Source of the DNA: an uncultured Actinomycetes bacterium
GTDB taxonomy: Bacteria; Actinomycetota; Actinomycetes; Streptosporangiales; Streptosporangiaceae
NCBI GenBank assembly: GCA_963768945.1
Contig: CAVYJW010000003.1
Span: forward strand, 849,586 to 913,585
Direction: 5' to 3'
DNA: 64,000 bases
Shown: positions 19,461-28,025 of the stretch, piece by piece
Layout of the letters: every line of letters starts with the position of its first letter
Numbering within the stretch: the stretch's first letter is position 1
Position numbers and translations under genes: made by a program
The notes under the pieces: model-generated
Told to the model about the DNA's origin: nothing
The model's input: the letters and a program-made list of their open reading frames with translations, nothing else
Databases searched by the model: none

Positions 19461-20480
19461 CTAACTGTCCGCCTCCGGCGGGCCCGTGCTCCCGGCGCGG
19501 CGGGCACGGGCCCGCCGCTTGCCTTCGTGCATGGCCTGGACCCGGGCCACCGGGATCGTATGGCCCTCCGCGATGAGACCGGCCGGGAGGTGCTGGGGCG
19601 GGGGCAGCTGGCTCGCCCAGCGGGGTCCGGGGGTGATCAGGCGGGCCGCGGTGCGCACCGTGAAGTCGGCCGGGGTCACCCGGTCCAGCTCGTCCCAGGG
19701 CAGCGGGAAGGACACCGGGACGCCCGGCCGGACCCGCGGGCTGTAGGCCGCCACCACGGTGGCCCCGCCCGCCCGGGTCGAGTCGAGGAAGACCTTGCCG
19801 TCCCGGTCCGCCCGGATGAACGCGGTGGTGGTGAGGGCCGGGTCAAGCCGCTCGGCCCTGGCCGCCACCGCGCGGGTGGCGGCCGCGGCGTCCTCGGCCG
19901 CGGCCCCGGTGATCGGCACGAACACGTGCACCCCCTTGGCGCCGCTGGTCTTGACCGCGGCCGCCAGGCCGTAGCCGGCCAGTGCCTCCCGGACCAGCTG
20001 GGCGGCGAGGACCGCGAGCCGGAACTCCTCGCCGGACGGCGGATCGATATCGAGAACGAGGTAATCGGGATGGTTTCCCTGGCCGGCGATGCCCAGCGTG
20101 GGGTGATACTCCACGGCCCGCTGGTTGGCGAACCACAGCAGCGTGCGGCGGTCGTCGCAGAGCGCGTAGGACACCTCCCGCCGGGAGCTGTCCGCCCACA
20201 GCCGGACCGTCCGCACCCACGGCGGGGTGTACTTGGGCACGTTCTTCTGCATGAACGGTGCCTGGCCGCGCAGGACCCGGACCACCGACAGCGGCCGGCC
20301 GTGCAGTTCACCGATGAGCTGCCCGCGGACGGCATCCAGGTAGTCCACCAGGTCCCGCTTGGTCGCGTCGGCCCCGCTGAACAGCGGCTCGTCGAGATTG
20401 GTCAGCGATACGCCGTCGCGCTCCTCATCGACGCTGATGACGTCACCGTCCCTTCCTGACGCTTCCGGGGCTGGTTCCAT
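19461..20480 (-). CDS. stand-alone LigD-type polymerase/primase domain protein (AEP superfamily, NHEJ PolDom)
   Basis: LVLDIDPPSG and VKTSGAKGVHVFVP catalytic motifs, plus the YSPR motif. No ligase or phosphoesterase domain. Confidence 0.8.
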   Translation of the reverse strand: MEPAPEASGRDGDVISVDEERDGVSLTNLDEPLFSGADATKRDLVDYLDAVRGQLIGELHGRPLSVVRVLRGQAPFMQKNVPKYTPPWVRTVRLWADSSRREVSYALCDDRRTLLWFANQRAVEYHPTLGIAGQGNHPDYLVLDIDPPSGEEFRLAVLAAQLVREALAGYGLAAAVKTSGAKGVHVFVPITGAAAEDAAAATRAVAARAERLDPALTTTAFIRADRDGKVFLDSTRAGGATVVAAYSPRVRPGVPVSFPLPWDELDRVTPADFTVRTAARLITPGPRWASQLPPPQHLPAGLIAEGHTIPVARVQAMHEGKRRARARRAGSTGPPEADS

Positions 20481-20518
20481 CGTCCCCCATCCGGACGGCG
20501 TTGTGAGAACGTGGGCGG

Positions 20519-20956
20519 GTGAGGGATCAGTACAGGGACGGGCCCGACGTGCTGCTGGTCGCGGTGGACGGCTCGGATACCTCGCTCCGCGCGGGCGCGT
20601 ACGCGGCGGGCATGGCCCGGCGGCAGCGGGCCAGCCTGGTCTGCCTGTACGTGCGGCCGTTCAGCGCGGTAGCGGGGATCGGCGCGGGCGCGGTCGTCTC
20701 CATGCAGGAGGCGCACGACTCGGTCGCAGCGGAGCTGCGCCAGACCGCCGAGGAGCAGAGAGCGCGGCTCGGGATCGACATCGTGTTCGTCGAGCGCGAC
20801 GGCAGCCCGTTCGCCGAGATCGTCCGGCTCGCCGACGAGATCCAGGCCGACGCGGTGATCGTGGGCGCCTCGACCAAGGCCGGCCATCGTTTCGTGGGTT
20901 CCCTGGCCGTGCACCTGGTCCGGGCCAGCCGCTGGCCCGTCACCGTCGTTCCCTGA
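20519..20956 (+). CDS. universal stress protein
   Basis: VLLVAVDGSDTSLRA...ADAVIVGAS...GSLAVHLVRASRWPVTVV matches a canonical USP layout. Confidence 0.75.
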   Translation: MRDQYRDGPDVLLVAVDGSDTSLRAGAYAAGMARRQRASLVCLYVRPFSAVAGIGAGAVVSMQEAHDSVAAELRQTAEEQRARLGIDIVFVERDGSPFAEIVRLADEIQADAVIVGASTKAGHRFVGSLAVHLVRASRWPVTVVP

Positions 20957-21004
20957 GGAGGGCTTCCTGACGACCTGTGCCCGAGGACTCTGGGTCCCGG
21001 GTGG

Positions 21005-21595
21005 TCAGCGGCCATCGGCGAGCGCCGCCGCCACGTCGTAGCGCAGCGGGCGCGGGTGCACCAGCAGGGCCCGGGCCACCTCGCGGATCTGCAGCCGCAG
21101 CGGGACCAGCACCTCCTCGCTGCGCCGCCAGGCGCGCAGCTCGTCGCGGCCGTAGCGGGGGGCGATGGCCTGGCGGAAGTGCCGCGCGTCGCCACCGTCG
21201 CTCTTCCACCCGGGCAGCCAGGTACGCAGGTCGTCGTCGTGCTCCAGCATTGTCCAGTCCCTCAGCCGCTGCGCGATCTGCCCGGCCGCGTCCACCACGA
21301 AGGCCAGCTCACCTCCGCCGCGGATGCCGTGCACCCGGCCTTCACTGCGCGGGCTGTGGTGGATGCTGGCCGAGCTGAAGCGGGCCCCCACCGTGAGCGC
21401 GGCGACCGCATGCCCGGCCTCGTGCCAGGCGGTCTCGACGGTGGCCTTCCGGGCCGGCCGCAGGCCCGGGTAGCAGCCGCAGTCGTAGCGCTGCCTGATC
21501 CAGGTGTCATGCACGAGCGACTCGTCGTCGTACCGGGCGAGGCGGCTCAGCTCGGCCCGGATCGCGGCATGCGCGCGCAGGTCCGCAGGCTTCAT
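21005..21595 (-). CDS. hypothetical protein with an FtsH/M41-like HEAGH zinc-peptidase motif
   Basis: [14 protein letters not shown] at about residue 56. No ATPase or TM region. GC3 is high. Confidence 0.5.
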   Translation of the reverse strand: MKPADLRAHAAIRAELSRLARYDDESLVHDTWIRQRYDCGCYPGLRPARKATVETAWHEAGHAVAALTVGARFSSASIHHSPRSEGRVHGIRGGGELAFVVDAAGQIAQRLRDWTMLEHDDDLRTWLPGWKSDGGDARHFRQAIAPRYGRDELRAWRRSEEVLVPLRLQIREVARALLVHPRPLRYDVAAALADGR

Positions 21596-21611
21596 GGTGT
21601 TGACTTACGGT

Positions 21612-22061
21612 ATGCCTATCGAGGGTGAATACGAGCCAAGCACGAGCGCCTGGGTCCGTGACCAGGTGGAGGAGTATGAGCGCTCGGGTGGCACCAGCGC
21701 GACGACGCTCGGTGACACCGGCCTGCCCGTGGTGATCATCACCAACCGCGGGGCGCGCTCCGGCAAGCTGCGCAAGACCCCGGTGATGCGGGTCGAGCAC
21801 GACGGGCGGTATGCGGCGGTAGCGTCCCAGGGCGGCGCCCCGACGCACCCGTTCTGGTACTACAACTTCCGCGCTTACCCGCAGGTGGAGTTGCAGGACG
21901 GGCCAGCCAAGGGAGAGTTCGTGGCCCGCGAGGCGACCGGGGACGAGCGCGCCGAGTGGTGGAAGCGCGCGGTCGCGGCCTACCCGCCCTACGCCGAGTA
22001 CCAGGAGAAGACCTCCCGGGAGATCCCGGTGTTCGTGCTCGAGCCCGCCGGCCGGGCCTGA
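21612..22061 (+). CDS. deazaflavin (F420)-dependent nitroreductase family protein (DDN-like)
   Basis: [16 protein letters not shown]...[24 protein letters not shown]...[10 protein letters not shown] is typical of the family. The start is uncertain (21594 or 21612). Confidence 0.75.
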   Translation: MPIEGEYEPSTSAWVRDQVEEYERSGGTSATTLGDTGLPVVIITNRGARSGKLRKTPVMRVEHDGRYAAVASQGGAPTHPFWYYNFRAYPQVELQDGPAKGEFVAREATGDERAEWWKRAVAAYPPYAEYQEKTSREIPVFVLEPAGRA

Positions 22062-22265
22062 CCGGTCCGCGCACACTCCCCCGGCCGCCTGCCCCGCGGC
22101 CGAGCCGCCCGCCGCGCTCTCCCCGCGCGTCCGGGCGCTCCCCGCGCGTCCGGGGGCGGGCCTGGGCCGCCCGTCGCTGCCGGGCGCCCAGGGTGCCGGG
22201 GCGTTTACCGCGGACCAGTCCCACGGGCCGGTTCTCGTTATTTCATATATAACCTACTGGAATAC

Positions 22266-22294
22266 TTGACATTAGCGGGGAGCGGGCGCAGATT
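22266..22294 (+). promoter_or_regulatory. candidate promoter: TTGACA-N17-CAGATT
   Basis: TTGACA at 22266-22271 and CAGATT at 22289-22294, in a locally AT-rich stretch upstream of the TauD-family gene. Confidence 0.3.
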
Positions 22295-22322
22295 GCTGGT
22301 AAGAGACCCGGGACGGCCGCCC

Positions 22323-22430
22323 GTGCTGCGGTGCGGTGCTGTGTTGCGGTGCTGTGTTATGTGTTGCGGTGCTGTGCGGTGGCGCCGCCGGCCGCCGGGG
22401 ACCAGCCATCCGAAAGGTGCCCGCGCATGA
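22323..22430 (+). promoter_or_regulatory. candidate polycysteine leader ORF (35 codons from GTG 22323, or 23 from ATG 22359)
   Basis: Translation by hand gives V/M-LRCGAVLRCCVMCCGAVRWRRRPPGTSHPKGARA-stop. TGA 22428-22430 overlaps ATG 22427 of the downstream gene. Confidence 0.35.
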
Positions 22431-23374
22431 CCAGCGTCCAGGACCATCCGGCGGCTCCCCGCAGTCATGGCTCGTACCGGCACGTCGACGTCACCCAGGT
22501 GGGCGGCGTGATCGGTGCCGTAGTCGGCGGCATCCGCATCGGCGGTGACGTCAGCCCTGCCGCCGTCGCCGAGTTGCGCGCCGCGCTGCTCAGGCACAGG
22601 GTCATCTTCCTGCGCGACCAGCAGCACGCCACCGACGCCGACCAGCGGGCCTTCGCCCGGCTGCTGGGCACCCTCACCAAGCCGCACCCCACCGTCGCGG
22701 GGGACGGCGGCGCGGTGCTGCCGATCGACGCCGAGCAGGGCAAGGCCAACAGCTGGCACACGGACGTGACGTTCGTGGACCGGGTCCCCGCGATCAGCGT
22801 GCTGCGCGCCATCACGCTGCCGCCCTACGGGGGGACGACCGTGTGGGCGAACACCACCCAGGCCTACCGGCAGCTGCACCCGGCGCTGCAGGCGCTGGCT
22901 GGCAGTTTGCGGGCGGTGCACACCAACCTGTACGACTACGCGGCCGAGCGCCCTCAGATTGGCGGCATCGACGTCAAGGAAGCGGAGTACCGGGAGGAGT
23001 TCCGCCACCTGGAGTTCGAGACCGAGCACCCGGTCGTCCGTATCCACCCGGAGACGGGCGAGCCGGCGCTGCTGCTCGGCCACTTCGTCCGGTCGTTCCC
23101 CGGGCTGGGCACGGCCGACTTCAACGACCTGTTCGGCCTGCTGCAGCGGCACATCACCCGGCTGGAGAACACCGTCCGCTGGACCTGGCGGACCGGTGAC
23201 ATCGCGATCTGGGACAACCGGGCCACCCAGCACTACGCGGTCGCCGACTTCGACGACCAGCCCCGGCTGCTGCACCGGATAACGATCGCCGGCGACATCC
23301 CGGTCGGGATCAACGGCGACACCAGCATCGTCCGCAAGGGCGACGCCAGCCATTACTCCGGCCTCGCGGCCTGA
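22427..23374 (+). CDS. TauD/TfdA family Fe(II)/2-oxoglutarate dioxygenase (taurine or sulfate-ester dioxygenase-like)
   Basis: WHTDVTF (HxD iron ligands), GGTTVWAN and IWDNRATQHYAV motifs. Internal ATG chosen; the upstream part of the ORF is the Cys-rich leader region. Confidence 0.85.
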   Translation: MTSVQDHPAAPRSHGSYRHVDVTQVGGVIGAVVGGIRIGGDVSPAAVAELRAALLRHRVIFLRDQQHATDADQRAFARLLGTLTKPHPTVAGDGGAVLPIDAEQGKANSWHTDVTFVDRVPAISVLRAITLPPYGGTTVWANTTQAYRQLHPALQALAGSLRAVHTNLYDYAAERPQIGGIDVKEAEYREEFRHLEFETEHPVVRIHPETGEPALLLGHFVRSFPGLGTADFNDLFGLLQRHITRLENTVRWTWRTGDIAIWDNRATQHYAVADFDDQPRLLHRITIAGDIPVGINGDTSIVRKGDASHYSGLAA

Positions 23375-23436
23375 GCGGGCTGCTGACCCCCGGGCGGGCC
23401 CTCACTGCCTCGGGGCGGGTCCTCTAGCATCGTCGG

Positions 23437-24348
23437 ATGCCGTCTGCGCCAGTCCGTTACCGGTCCCCCGAGGAGGACAGCGCCCGGTGGTCCGGGTTCC
23501 CGTTCCGCGACGGTGACATCGTGATCAGCACCCGGTCCAAGAGCGGGACCACCTGGATGCAGATGATCTGCGCGCTGCTGGTGTTCCAGACCCCGCAGCT
23601 GCCCGGGCCGCTGGGCGACCTGTCACCCTGGCTGGACCGGCTGACGGTGCCGCGCGAGGAGCTGCTCGCCCGGCTCGCCGCCCAGCCGCACCGCCGGTTC
23701 ATCAAGTCGCACACGCCGCTGGACGGCCTTCCGATCGACCCGCGCGCCACCTACATCGTGGTGGCCAGGCATCCGCTCGACATGGCCGTATCCCTGTACC
23801 ACCAGGGCAGCAACATCGACCGGGAGCGGTTGCGGAAGCTCACCGGCCAGCCCGGGCCCAGCGGGCCGCCGCCACGGCCGCCGCTGCCGCGGCCGCCGCT
23901 GCACGACTGGCTGATCAGCTGGATTCAGGAGGACGTCACCCCGCAGCAGCAGATGGACTCGCTGCCCGGCGTGATGTGGCACCTCACGGACGCCTGGGCG
24001 CGGCGCGGCCAGCCGAACATCGTGCTCGCGCACTACGACGACCTGTCGGCCGACCTGGCCGGGGAGATGCGCCGCCTGGCGGACCGGCTCGCGATCACCG
24101 TGCCCGCCGGGGCCTGGCCGGAGCTGGCCCGGGCGGCCAGCTTCGGGGAGATGCGGGCCGGCGCCGAAAGCATCATCGGGCCGCCCGGCGTCCTGAAGAG
24201 CAGCGCCGCCTTCTTCCGGCGGGGCACCTCGGGGGCCGGCCGGGAGGAGCTTAGCGTGCCTGAGCAGGCTGACTACCGGAAACGGGCCGCCCAGCTCGCC
24301 CCGCCGGACCTGCTCGGGTGGCTGCACCGGGAGGTCTGGCAGAGTTGA
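23437..24348 (+). CDS. sulfotransferase-fold protein
   Basis: PAPS 5'-phosphosulfate loop TRSKSGTTWMQ, and RFIKSHTP. Confidence 0.75.
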   Translation: MPSAPVRYRSPEEDSARWSGFPFRDGDIVISTRSKSGTTWMQMICALLVFQTPQLPGPLGDLSPWLDRLTVPREELLARLAAQPHRRFIKSHTPLDGLPIDPRATYIVVARHPLDMAVSLYHQGSNIDRERLRKLTGQPGPSGPPPRPPLPRPPLHDWLISWIQEDVTPQQQMDSLPGVMWHLTDAWARRGQPNIVLAHYDDLSADLAGEMRRLADRLAITVPAGAWPELARAASFGEMRAGAESIIGPPGVLKSSAAFFRRGTSGAGREELSVPEQADYRKRAAQLAPPDLLGWLHREVWQS

Positions 24349-24352
24349 CCGC

Positions 24353-24784
24353 ATGACGACTGACTCGGCGCACCGCGGGGTATCCATCGAGCGGGTCGCG
24401 GCCGGCCGTTTCACCGCCCGCAACGAACGGGGCGGCCGGATCGCCGTCGGCACCGGCGGCGGGCAGGACTTCACCCCGGTCGAGCTGCTGCTGGCCGCGA
24501 TCGGCGGGTGTACCGCGATCGACGTGGACATCCTGACCACGCGGCGGGCGGAGCCGGAGTCGTTCGGTGTGGAGGTGGGAGCGGAAAAGGTCCGTGACCC
24601 GGCGGGCAATCACCTGGAGGATATCGAGGTGACCTTCCGGGTGGTGTTCCCGGCGGGGGAGGGCGGCGATGCGGCCCGCGCGCTGCTGCCCGACGCGGTC
24701 CGGCGGTCGCACGACCGGCTCTGCACGGTCAGCCGCACCGTCGAGCTCGGCATACCCGTCACCACCCGGGTCCAGGCAGGGTAA
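24353..24784 (+). CDS. OsmC family protein
   Basis: FTPVELLLAAIGGCTAIDV and DRLCTVSRTV carry the two conserved Cys regions of OsmC/Ohr. Confidence 0.8.
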   Translation: MTTDSAHRGVSIERVAAGRFTARNERGGRIAVGTGGGQDFTPVELLLAAIGGCTAIDVDILTTRRAEPESFGVEVGAEKVRDPAGNHLEDIEVTFRVVFPAGEGGDAARALLPDAVRRSHDRLCTVSRTVELGIPVTTRVQAG

Positions 24785-24836
24785 TCCTAGGAAGACTTCG
24801 TGCTCGGCCCAGCGACCAGGATTGGAAGGTCAGCGG

Positions 24837-25253
24837 ATGGCGCACGGTACCCGGATCGGCTCGGCTGTCATGTTCGTGCAGCAGCTCGACCGCTCGGTCA
24901 GCTTCTACACCGAGCTCCTCGCCATGCAGGTCGCGGACCAGAGCGCGACCGCCGCGCTGCTGGTCAGCCCGGGCGGATCGCAATTGATCCTGCGCGCGAT
25001 GGGCGCCAATGCGGGTCACCCGCTGGGCGGCGTCGGCCTGCAGTACGTCATCTGGACCGCTGACGGGAAAGAGGACTTCGAGCGGTGCGAGCGGGTGCTC
25101 AAGGCGCACTCCGCGCACCGCGACACGCGCAGCAGCGGCGCGATCATGGCGGTGGAAGGCCACGACCCGGACGACACGGTCGTGATGATCACCTATCCCG
25201 GCCCCGACGAGGTACCGGCCCGCGAGCTTCCGCTGCGCATCTACGGCTGGTAG
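24837..25253 (+). CDS. VOC (glyoxalase/bleomycin-resistance/dioxygenase) family protein
   Basis: GGAAGG lies 8 nt upstream of ATG 24837. IGSAVMFVQQLDRSVSFYTELLAM is a typical VOC beta-alpha-beta start. Confidence 0.7.
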   Translation: MAHGTRIGSAVMFVQQLDRSVSFYTELLAMQVADQSATAALLVSPGGSQLILRAMGANAGHPLGGVGLQYVIWTADGKEDFERCERVLKAHSAHRDTRSSGAIMAVEGHDPDDTVVMITYPGPDEVPARELPLRIYGW

Positions 25254-25416
25254 CCACGCCGTCGGCCCCAGGGTGAGCCGGTCATCGTGGCTGCGGCCGT
25301 TATTGTCCCCGATCCGGGGCGTACCGGAATGAGTCGGTCACGCTGGGGTACGGGGTCCACAGCGCTGCCCGCGCCCGGGTCGCCGGCAGTGGTCGAACCG
25401 GTAGCTTGGAGGGGCC

Positions 25417-26130
25417 ATGGCCCGCATCACGACGACTGAGGATCGAGACACGGCGCCGCGCGTCACGCAGGGTCATGGGGCCATCGGGAAGCTGCTGGCG
25501 GTCGCGGCCGTCATCGTCGCCGTTGCGGTGCTGATCGTCGCGCTCGCCGCCGTGAATTTGCTGCCCCGGCTGCGTAACCCGTTCGGCGAGACCACGTCCG
25601 CGCGCAGCGGGCCCGTCCTGCTCAAGTCGATCACCGCGCTGAGCCGTTACCAGGCCGCCAGCGGGTCGTTCCAGGTCGTCGTGGACCTGACCCAGAAGGC
25701 GAACCTGCTGCCGGCCTTCCTGGAAGGCAGCCAGACCCTGTTCGTCGGCCAGGGCAGCGAGATCGCGTACGTCAACTTCGGGCAGCTCAAGAGCCCGGCC
25801 ATCCAGGTCTCGGCGAACCGGACGGCGGTCACGATCCGGCTGCCCCAGGCCCAGCTCGAGCCGGCCGTGCTCAACGTCAGGCAGTCCTACGTGTTCGCCC
25901 AGCAGCAAGGGCTGCTGAACCGGATCGGGAACTTCTTCTCGGGCAACCCGAACAGCCAGCAGCAGGTGTACATCCTGGCCCAGCAGAAGATCCAGACTGC
26001 GGCCCGGCAGAGCTCGCTGATCGCTCAGGCCCAGCGGAACACGGCCAGCATGCTCACGGGGATGATGCGATCGCTGGGCTTCCAGCGGGTCACCGTGACC
26101 TTCGCCGCGTCCCCCGCGAAGAAGGGCTGA
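25417..26130 (+). CDS. DUF4230 domain membrane-anchored protein
   Basis: N-terminal TM segment, then LLKSITALSRYQAASGSFQVVVDL...IAYVNFGQL, the pattern I associate with DUF4230. GGAGGGG precedes the ATG. Confidence 0.65.
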   Translation: MARITTTEDRDTAPRVTQGHGAIGKLLAVAAVIVAVAVLIVALAAVNLLPRLRNPFGETTSARSGPVLLKSITALSRYQAASGSFQVVVDLTQKANLLPAFLEGSQTLFVGQGSEIAYVNFGQLKSPAIQVSANRTAVTIRLPQAQLEPAVLNVRQSYVFAQQQGLLNRIGNFFSGNPNSQQQVYILAQQKIQTAARQSSLIAQAQRNTASMLTGMMRSLGFQRVTVTFAASPAKKG

Positions 26131-26174
26131 CCGGCCCCCGGGAGTTGCCCGGCGCCGGGGTTGGTGGCCGGGGG

Positions 26175-27842
26175 TCAGAGCTTGCGCAGGAACGCGTTGG
26201 CCACCGGGCCCGCGCTGTCCGCCCCGAAACCACCGCCCTCGACCAGCACCGCGAAGGCCAGGTCCCCGCGGTAGCCGATGAACCAGCCGTGCGAGTGCGT
26301 GCCGGTGCCGTACTGCGCGGTGCCGGTCTTGCCGTAGACACCCGCCGGGAAGCCGACCCCGGCCGCGGTGCCGCTGGTGACCACGGCGCGCATCATCGGC
26401 CGCAGCGTGCCCAGGATGGCCGGGCTGAGCGGGTGCGACGGGCCCGGCTGCCGCGGCTGCGGGCTGGTGACCAGGATCGGGGGCCGCCAGGTGCCGTCCT
26501 CGATAGCCGCGGCCACGCTGGCCTGGCTGAGCGGGTTGACCAGGTCGGTGCCCTGGCCGAAGGCGTCGGCAGCCACATCCACCGGCTCGCGGGGCGTGGT
26601 GAACCTGCCGAGCGTGGCGGGGATGCCCAGGTTGGGGCTGGTGTTGAAGCCGAACGTGGCGGCCATCGACGCCAGTGCGGCGCCCCCCAGCCGCTGGTAG
26701 GCCAGCATGGCGAAGGTGGAGTTGCACGACACCGCGAAGGCCGTCTGCAGGCTGGTCGTGCCCAGTTGCTCGTTGTCGTCGTTATGGAAGGTCCGGCCGC
26801 CGATGGTCACCTGGCTGGGGCACTGCACCGTGCTGGACGGGCGCATCCCCTTCTCGGCCAGGGCCGAGGCGGTGACCACCTTGAAGGTCGAGCCGGGCGG
26901 GAAGATGCCCGCCAGGGCCCGGTCGAACCCGCCCGGGCGCTCCACCACGGCCAGCACCTTGCCGGTAGACGGCTGGATGGCCACCATGTCGATCGGTTTC
27001 GACGTCGAGGCGCCGGACACGGCCGCCGACGCGGCCATCTGATCTTGCATGTCGAGGCTGGTCTGGACCGGCTTTCCCGGGGTGGCCGCGAAGCGGGCGG
27101 CCGTGGCGTCCACCTGCGTGCCAGGACCCTCGAGGCGGATGGTCAGCGCCAGGCCCGCCAGCCGAGCCTGGTACGCCTGCTCGATGCCGCCCTCGCCGAT
27201 CAGGTCACCCGCCTGGTAGGGCGCACCGAGGGCCTTGGCCTGAGCCGCCGTGGCGGCTACGACCGTGCCGGTGAGCAGCGCGATGGACCCCGACTGGGCG
27301 ATCACCGAGGGAGAGCTCAGCGCGGTGCCGTCGGAGGCCAGAACCGCGGCCCGGGCCGGCCAGACGGCGCTCTGCACGAACCGCTCGCCCGCCCGGAGCC
27401 GGGGATAGATGGCAGCCGGGCTCCAGTCCACCCGCCAGTGCCGGTTCCGGGTGACCAGCTGGAGCTGGCCCGGGTAGGTCCAGGTGTGCCCGCTGGCCAG
27501 CTCGTCGGTGGCCGTGAAATGGGCCCGGGCCGATCCGCCGTTATCGCTGACCTGTCCAAGCCTGAGGTGAATGCTCCGCAGGCCGAGCTCCGCCGCGGTC
27601 CGCCGCAGCGGGCTGGCCAGGCCGCCCGACGGCACGTTCACGCTGACCTTGCCCATCGCGGCGTAGCTGCCCTGCTGCCAGTCAGCCAGGTAGCTGGCGG
27701 CCGTCTGCTGAGGGCTGCCCTGGGTCCGCGTCAGCAGGACGTAGCCCCCCGCCGCGCCCGTCGCCACCACTACCACCGCGATCACGGCCACCACGATGAC
27801 GAGGGTCCGCCGCTTCGTCCGGCGCATGCTGCCGTGGCTCAT
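26175..27842 (-). CDS. class B penicillin-binding protein (NTF2-like MecA_N domain plus transpeptidase)
   Basis: SxxK (STFK), SxN (SCN) and KTG (KTGTA) motifs. One N-terminal TM segment. GGGAAAGG precedes ATG 27842. The longer 845-aa ORF extension overlaps mca on the opposite strand. Confidence 0.9.
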   Translation of the reverse strand: MSHGSMRRTKRRTLVIVVAVIAVVVVATGAAGGYVLLTRTQGSPQQTAASYLADWQQGSYAAMGKVSVNVPSGGLASPLRRTAAELGLRSIHLRLGQVSDNGGSARAHFTATDELASGHTWTYPGQLQLVTRNRHWRVDWSPAAIYPRLRAGERFVQSAVWPARAAVLASDGTALSSPSVIAQSGSIALLTGTVVAATAAQAKALGAPYQAGDLIGEGGIEQAYQARLAGLALTIRLEGPGTQVDATAARFAATPGKPVQTSLDMQDQMAASAAVSGASTSKPIDMVAIQPSTGKVLAVVERPGGFDRALAGIFPPGSTFKVVTASALAEKGMRPSSTVQCPSQVTIGGRTFHNDDNEQLGTTSLQTAFAVSCNSTFAMLAYQRLGGAALASMAATFGFNTSPNLGIPATLGRFTTPREPVDVAADAFGQGTDLVNPLSQASVAAAIEDGTWRPPILVTSPQPRQPGPSHPLSPAILGTLRPMMRAVVTSGTAAGVGFPAGVYGKTGTAQYGTGTHSHGWFIGYRGDLAFAVLVEGGGFGADSAGPVANAFLRKL

Positions 27843-28025
27843 GGGCCGGCCTTTCCCGCTGGGCTGCCGCGGACACCGGGTCCGCGGGCCGGGCACAACG
27901 ATAGCCGCGCCGGCCGTGGCCTCAGTGGCGAACCGGGTTGAGGCCGCCGGGCCCCCAGGCTGCGCGGCAGGCCCAAAGCGCGGGCCGGCCTGCAGGGATG
28001 CACCCCGGTCGGGCAGGCTGGTGTC

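Noticed and set aside
22331-22426. The Cys-rich stretch as a genuine N-terminal extension of the TauD-family protein (GTG 22331, in frame).
   Set aside because: TauD-family proteins do not, to my knowledge, carry such extensions. The recognisable domain begins right after ATG 22427. A separate frame gives a short ORF that ends exactly on that ATG. The extension cannot be fully excluded without N-terminal data.
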